Positions 59,333 to 64,000 of a DNA stretch of 64,000 nt are shown here, piece by piece. A program made the position numbers and the translations under genes. The DNA is taken from positions 13,826,001 through 13,890,000 of the forward strand of contig OU015568.1 in the NCBI GenBank assembly GCA_907165135.1, given 5' to 3'. A model generated the notes under the pieces. It was given only the letters and a program-made list of their open reading frames with translations. It was not told where the DNA came from and ran no database searches. Origin of the DNA: Oikopleura dioica. Lineage: Eukaryota; Animalia; Chordata. Position 1 is the stretch's first letter; every line of letters starts with the position of its first letter.

Positions 59333-60340
59333 TTACCGGCGACTGACCGTATTAAGCAGCTCAGCAGCTTGTAAGCTACTTGTGCGAGCAGCTTGAAGCC
59401 ACTGTATTGGCGTTCTTGAGTGAATAACTTGGACGACTTCTAATCGATGCCCATTAAAGTCGAAAACAGTGCCTTTAAATCGGTGGATTAAATTTTAACG
59501 AAGTATTTTTGCTACCTTTTGGGTAGAAGAGTCTTTTGATAGGAGGGTGAGCGTTTTTAGAGGTAGTCTGGACGACGTAAAGTGAAATGACGATGTCTTT
59601 TGAATGGACAAACATATTCGAAAGACAGTCTTTAGGTAAAAGAGGATTGAACATATTGCCAAAGTCGGATTTCATCAGACCAGCAAGTGTACTTGGCACG
59701 GGGCAATCTTGGGAATCTTGTCAAGAGCAGAAAGTAACCCTCTTACCGATTCGAGACAGTCCTTTTCGAAGCTCAGTGAGACTCTCTTTCGCGGCTATTT
59801 TTCCGTCTTGAGCAATTATCGATGCTAATCCAATTGAATTTCCACAGTCTTGTAATTGCTACATGTGTTATTGTGAGTTAATATTTATCGAATACACATA
59901 TCGACTGGTGTACCTGCAAACGCCATTGTCTGTCAATACGAAAAGAATAATGGACAGGCGGGTTGTTTGGCTTCGTTTTCAGTGCAATTCTCATATCTGT
60001 CACCATTGCGGATTGAAGAGTGAGAGTTCCCCTGAATGAGGATTTCGTAACAATGAGGTAAGGATTTATGTGAAGATGGATGAGCCCTTCTTATCACTGA
60101 TATTACATGGCATTCCATAGAATATCAAAGGTTGCTTAAAGGTTTATCAAAAACATGGTGACCTTATTATTGACTTCAGTAAATACAGTACATATTATCT
60201 TACGTTAATCGCTGATCCCCTTGCAAATCGAGTCTCTCCGGATGACAAATAAACTGTGCCTTGCTAGCCCTCAGCAGCGAAAACGCTCTGACCATCTCTT
60301 CAGTGAACTGCTTATCCCCGTCGTCGCTTTTCTCGATCAT
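59333..60340 (-). CDS. ROGDI: Rogdi homolog; start codon uncertain
   Basis: GTLTLQSAMVTDMRIALK, QWRLQQLQDC, TLAGLMKSDFGNMFNPLLPKDCLSNMFV, HRLEVVQV..IQWL resemble human KGVLTLQGD, QWKLQQIQDA, MFAPALPSDLLVNVYI, QRLEVSHV..IPWL. Confidence 0.8.
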
Positions 60341-61356
60341 TTTACTAGAAGCAATCAACGTGTCAAAGAAGGTACTTTTATAGAGAGCAATCACGAGATA
60401 ACTGATGTCAAGGTCGTGCAAGTTTATATTTTGGGTTGCACCTAGCTGAACTCCTCGTAGAACAGATGACATAAACAAGACTTTGCCGAAGGCCAGTAAA
60501 AAGGGATTGCTGCTAGCGCTAGTTCTGATAGAAAGTGACATAAAGTCAATTTATTCTAAATGAATTCCTAACCAATAAGTGAATATTTTGAAGGGTTCAT
60601 CAATGGTCAAAAATGGTACCTCTACTCACCTCATTCTCAAGTCTGACAGCATTTTCCTCTCATCAAAAGTCTCGCCCGCGAAAATATTAAAAAACACTGA
60701 GCAAAGCGGCCGAAATAGGTTCACTGAATAATTAAGCATTCGAGGGCCCCGAGAGAGATAAGAAGTTTATCCCAACTGTGTATATAGAATAATCCTACTT
60801 TTGCCCTAGATTTCATTCCAAAATTAACAAGTAATGCCCTGCTACAAGTCGATGCAAAACAAGTTCTACACAGTTTTTTTACTCATGTTGCTGAGGCCCT
60901 AGCCTGCTCAATAAAACTTCACTTTTTATCTTCGAGATCCGAAAATGCAAGAAAACTACGAGGACTTCCTTATTTTTATTTAATTATTGCCTGGCGCATG
61001 TTTTATTGCACAAAAGTAGGAAGAAATTGAACGAAAGTAAAACTAATAGTTGACTTTTCCCCCGAAAGGGAGAAATTGAGTTTCAGCAATTTTGAGTTTG
61101 ATGAACTTTTCAACTTTGAGTATACGCACACACAAAACACCGCTAATTTTTTCAATGAAAAGTAAAAAAAGTGGGAGTACTGTTTGTTTCGAGAGGATGC
61201 TGCATCAACTAAATCCTTTCAATAAAGAATAAAACAGAAAATGATAATTTCTAAACGGTAAAAAATGGTCAGAAATGTTTTTTTTTAAAGGATAGGACTC
61301 CTATCATAAGAGGCGAACGAGGGCGAGGGAGGAATACTTTGATGGGCGAAAATGGA

Positions 61357-62705
61357 TAGGCTTACCGGACTGATTTTTGGCCGATTTTTCTAGCTTAGTT
61401 GGGGGGTCTTATGATACAGCTTTAGAAAGCCCAGAAGCTGAGCTTTCATTTGGGCTCAATATCAAGGGGTCAAGGTCATGCCCCCAAGGCAAATTATGTG
61501 ATCGGAAGTTCCGAAATAGGCACTTGAACTCTTCAATCGATTTTTTCGATGTGTTTAGGAGCTCAAGAGCCTTGAGGAGCGGTTGGGATAGAAAGCTCAG
61601 ACTCTAAGCTTTCTGTAAAGCCCATAAAATCTAGCTGCCCTCGGCTCTAGCGCCCTCTTGTGGCCCTAGAAGTTGACTTCATAAGTGCTTAACCTTAGCC
61701 GGCCAAAATGATATTTCTGACCCTACCGGCCAAATGCACCATGAGTGGTGCATCACCTGTTTTTTTTCTTTAAAAAATCAACTCAAAGTCTATTACGTTC
61801 GTCTTTGGGTTTGTTTTTGGGTTCTTGGTTAGGGTTCGGATTTGGGTTTTAGTTGGGGTTTTGGTTGGGGTGCGGATTCGGTCTTTGGTTTCAGCATCAG
61901 ATCAAGTCCTCTAAATCGAAGAGGGAGACTTTTCGGCAAATTTTTCGGAAAAATACTGCCTACCGGCCAAAAGCACCATCAGTGGTGTCGGCGCCATTGT
62001 AGCAATGCACCATACATGGTGCATGCAGTAATTATCAAAATAAGCGTATTTCCGAACCCTAACCCTAACCAAGAGTAGTCGAAAGTTGACCTAAGGGTAG
62101 CTTATCGATAAATAGCCCTACAGTTTCTTCAGTTTTTCGAAACTCAAAATCACTTCGGTTGGAGACCTAATTCTTTGACCCCTGTTCCATAGATGGTGCA
62201 CCCTGGCCGGCTAAGGTTAAGTCGAGAATCTTCAGGTTTCGAGTCGAATTTCCGACTTCTTAAGTTACTTGTACTTATAAAACAATTATAAACAATATAT
62301 GAGTCTTTAGTAATTGAACCGCGGTAGAACCGGAAGGTTTTTTTTCAATTTCATTTCGGGTTCCTGTCGAAAAATACCCATATTCTCACCTTCTTTGACC
62401 ACTAGAGGCCGCTAGACCGAAGGGCAGCTAGATTTTATGGGCTCTACAGAAAGCTCAGAGTCTGAGCTTCCTATTCCAGCCGTTCCTAAAGGCTCAGGAG
62501 TTCCTAAACGTATCGAAAAAATTGATTGAAGACTTCTAGTGCCTATATTGAGACTTCCGGTCCCATAAATTGCCTTGGGGGCATGACTAAGACCCCTTTA
62601 TTCTGTGCCCAAATGAAAGCTCAGGACATGGGCTTTCTAAATATATGTTACATGACCCCCAAATTTAGCTAGAAAAATGTGCCGAAATTTAGTCCGGTAA
62701 GCCTA
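61357..62705. mobile_element. 1349-bp hAT-like non-autonomous element with ~310-bp diverged TIRs and 8-bp TSD
   Basis: AAAATGGA at 61349-61356 and 62706-62713; termini TAGGCTTACCGGAC..GTCCGGTAAGCCTA; arms ~61357-61670 and ~62395-62705 are reverse complements with scattered mismatches. Confidence 0.9.
61693..62216. mobile_element. 524-bp piggyBac-like MITE nested in the hAT-like element
   Basis: TTAA at 61689-61692 and 62217-62220; perfect 13-bp TIR CCTTAGCCGGCCA / TGGCCGGCTAAGG; internal palindromes of the TGCACCAT..TGGTGCA type. Confidence 0.88.
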
Positions 62706-62755
62706 AAAATGGATTAACGTCACAGTAATTATTGCAGGCCCATGAAAAAGCAGAT

Positions 62756-64000
62756 TTACTCCTCGTCGGAGTCGGTCTCGTACTCGGAGCTGGAGGGTTC
62801 TTCGGAGTCGGAATCGGTTACGAAGCCGCCTGAAAAAATATATTTTTTTTATGTATATACAGTTTTATTTATACAGTTTATTTTATGTATATACAGTTGG
62901 TTCAAGAAGCTAGTAGCATTGATTTCAAAAAATATGAAAAGAAAAGTGTTTTTAGACATCTAAGAATATCTAAGTAAACATCTCTAACTAAGAGTCTAAG
63001 TTGCCGAGCCAAGATCTCGAAATACATTATGTTTCTATTAAAAACATCTGTAAATGTTCGAAGAAGTGTTTTACCGTCAACGTCAGATTCAGCTTCTGAG
63101 TCCCACATTTCCGGAACGATTTCTTCCTCAACCCTCTCTTCGACAGTGATGGTGAACTCGTGCTTCATGTCGATGTCGATGTAGCTGTCGGAGCGGACGT
63201 AGACGACGAAGTTGTACATTCCTGGGCGGCCAGGGGCGGGGAAGCGGATGTCTACTTCTTTCACGTCGACTAGTAAAGAAAGGTTGAAGAAAAATGAGTT
63301 TGAAGAGGGGCTTACCGAGGTTTTGAACTTGAACGGGTTCGCAGAGAAGTCGCTCGGAAAGCTTCTCGCGCTTGGGATTCGTCATGCAGAGATATACCCA
63401 CCACCACTCTTGCTTCTCAACCGGGAAGCGCGGCGCATGGACTGTGTGCGTCAATCGCGAATTGTCTTGAGTTAGTACGTTTTTCCGCTTGTCTGAAACA
63501 GAAGGATAAAAAGGGGGTGAGGAAGAGGGCTTACTTTTCTTTTGGAGTTTTTTCCAGCTCTTTTCTTCGGCATCTTCGTTGTCGGAATCGTTTTCGGGTG
63601 CTAGATTGCGGATTATTCAATGTGTTTTGATGTCTTATAGCTGGCCAAAATGTTTTAGAAGCCACTTACTTTCATCTTCATCCTCGTCTTCCTGTTCATC
63701 TTCTACAGCGGGTGCATCACCAGCGCCTTTTTCAGCGGCTTCACGAGCAGCTGAAGGAAATCACGTTTTACGGAAGAAACATTTACACGAGACAAAACGA
63801 GAAGAACAATTACCTTTGGCAGCTCGTTTAGCAGCGGCGGCTTGAGGACCTTTCTTTGATTTGACCTTTTTCGCTTGATTGGCAGTTTCTTTTTCCTCCG
63901 CAGTGGGGGCGATTTTGACCTCGCCCATGTCTCCATCATTGTAGACGATTTCCTGAAGGATTAGAGTTAGAGAAGTGATTTAGGGTGGGGGAAAAGAGGA
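62756..64000 (-). CDS. SEC63: Translocon subunit SEC63, 3' part only (gene continues beyond window)
   Basis: THTVHAPRFPVEKQEWWWVY, FPAPGRPGMYNFVVYVRSDSYIDID, acidic tail ..YETDSDEE*. Confidence 0.92.

Noticed and set aside
62833-63075. Transposon in the last SEC63 intron
   Set aside because: Only short direct repeats (TTTTATGTATATACAGTT twice; CTAAG units); no TIR or TSD found.
106-63845. Many 60-180-aa ORFs antisense to recognised exons (e.g. 106-363, 8617-9156, 33000-33296, 54975-55376, 58531-58920)
   Set aside because: Shadow frames of real coding exons, with no independent motifs.
1-64000. rRNA, tRNA or snRNA genes
   Set aside because: None recognisable by eye; a tRNAscan/Infernal run would be needed to exclude small RNAs.

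Overview
Eukaryotic, very gene-dense DNA with many 35-100 nt introns, some non-canonical GA-AG introns and sub-150-nt intergenic gaps. These traits point to a larvacean tunicate such as Oikopleura dioica (inferred, not proven). About 33 genes can be reconstructed by hand. From 26.1 to 60.3 kb, 18 consecutive minus-strand genes form an operon-like run (ROGDI, DSTYK, RMND5, RBM17, NDUFAF5, LEPROT, F-box-like, SNRPF, PDE1-like, AIP, DNAI7, unknown, CC2D2A, two TMEM216-family genes, ARMC8, LIPT2, TMED). The only plus-strand genes in the run are nested in introns (CDC6 in CC2D2A; a membrane-protein gene in AIP). The strongest signal is a 919-bp TIR element with an 8-bp target-site duplication inside the first coding exon of DNAI7. 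Its own termini supply a GT donor and an AG acceptor that would splice it out in frame, which is an Introner-like intron-creating transposon. Other notable items are a nested hAT/piggyBac MITE, a Mutator-like MITE in a Wnt intron, two 39-bp-period palindromic arrays, a ciliary transition-zone gene cluster, a DUSP23-like pseudophosphatase and a Gla protein with an unrecognised C-terminal domain. All exon structures were read by eye; family calls rest on remembered motifs, not database searches.
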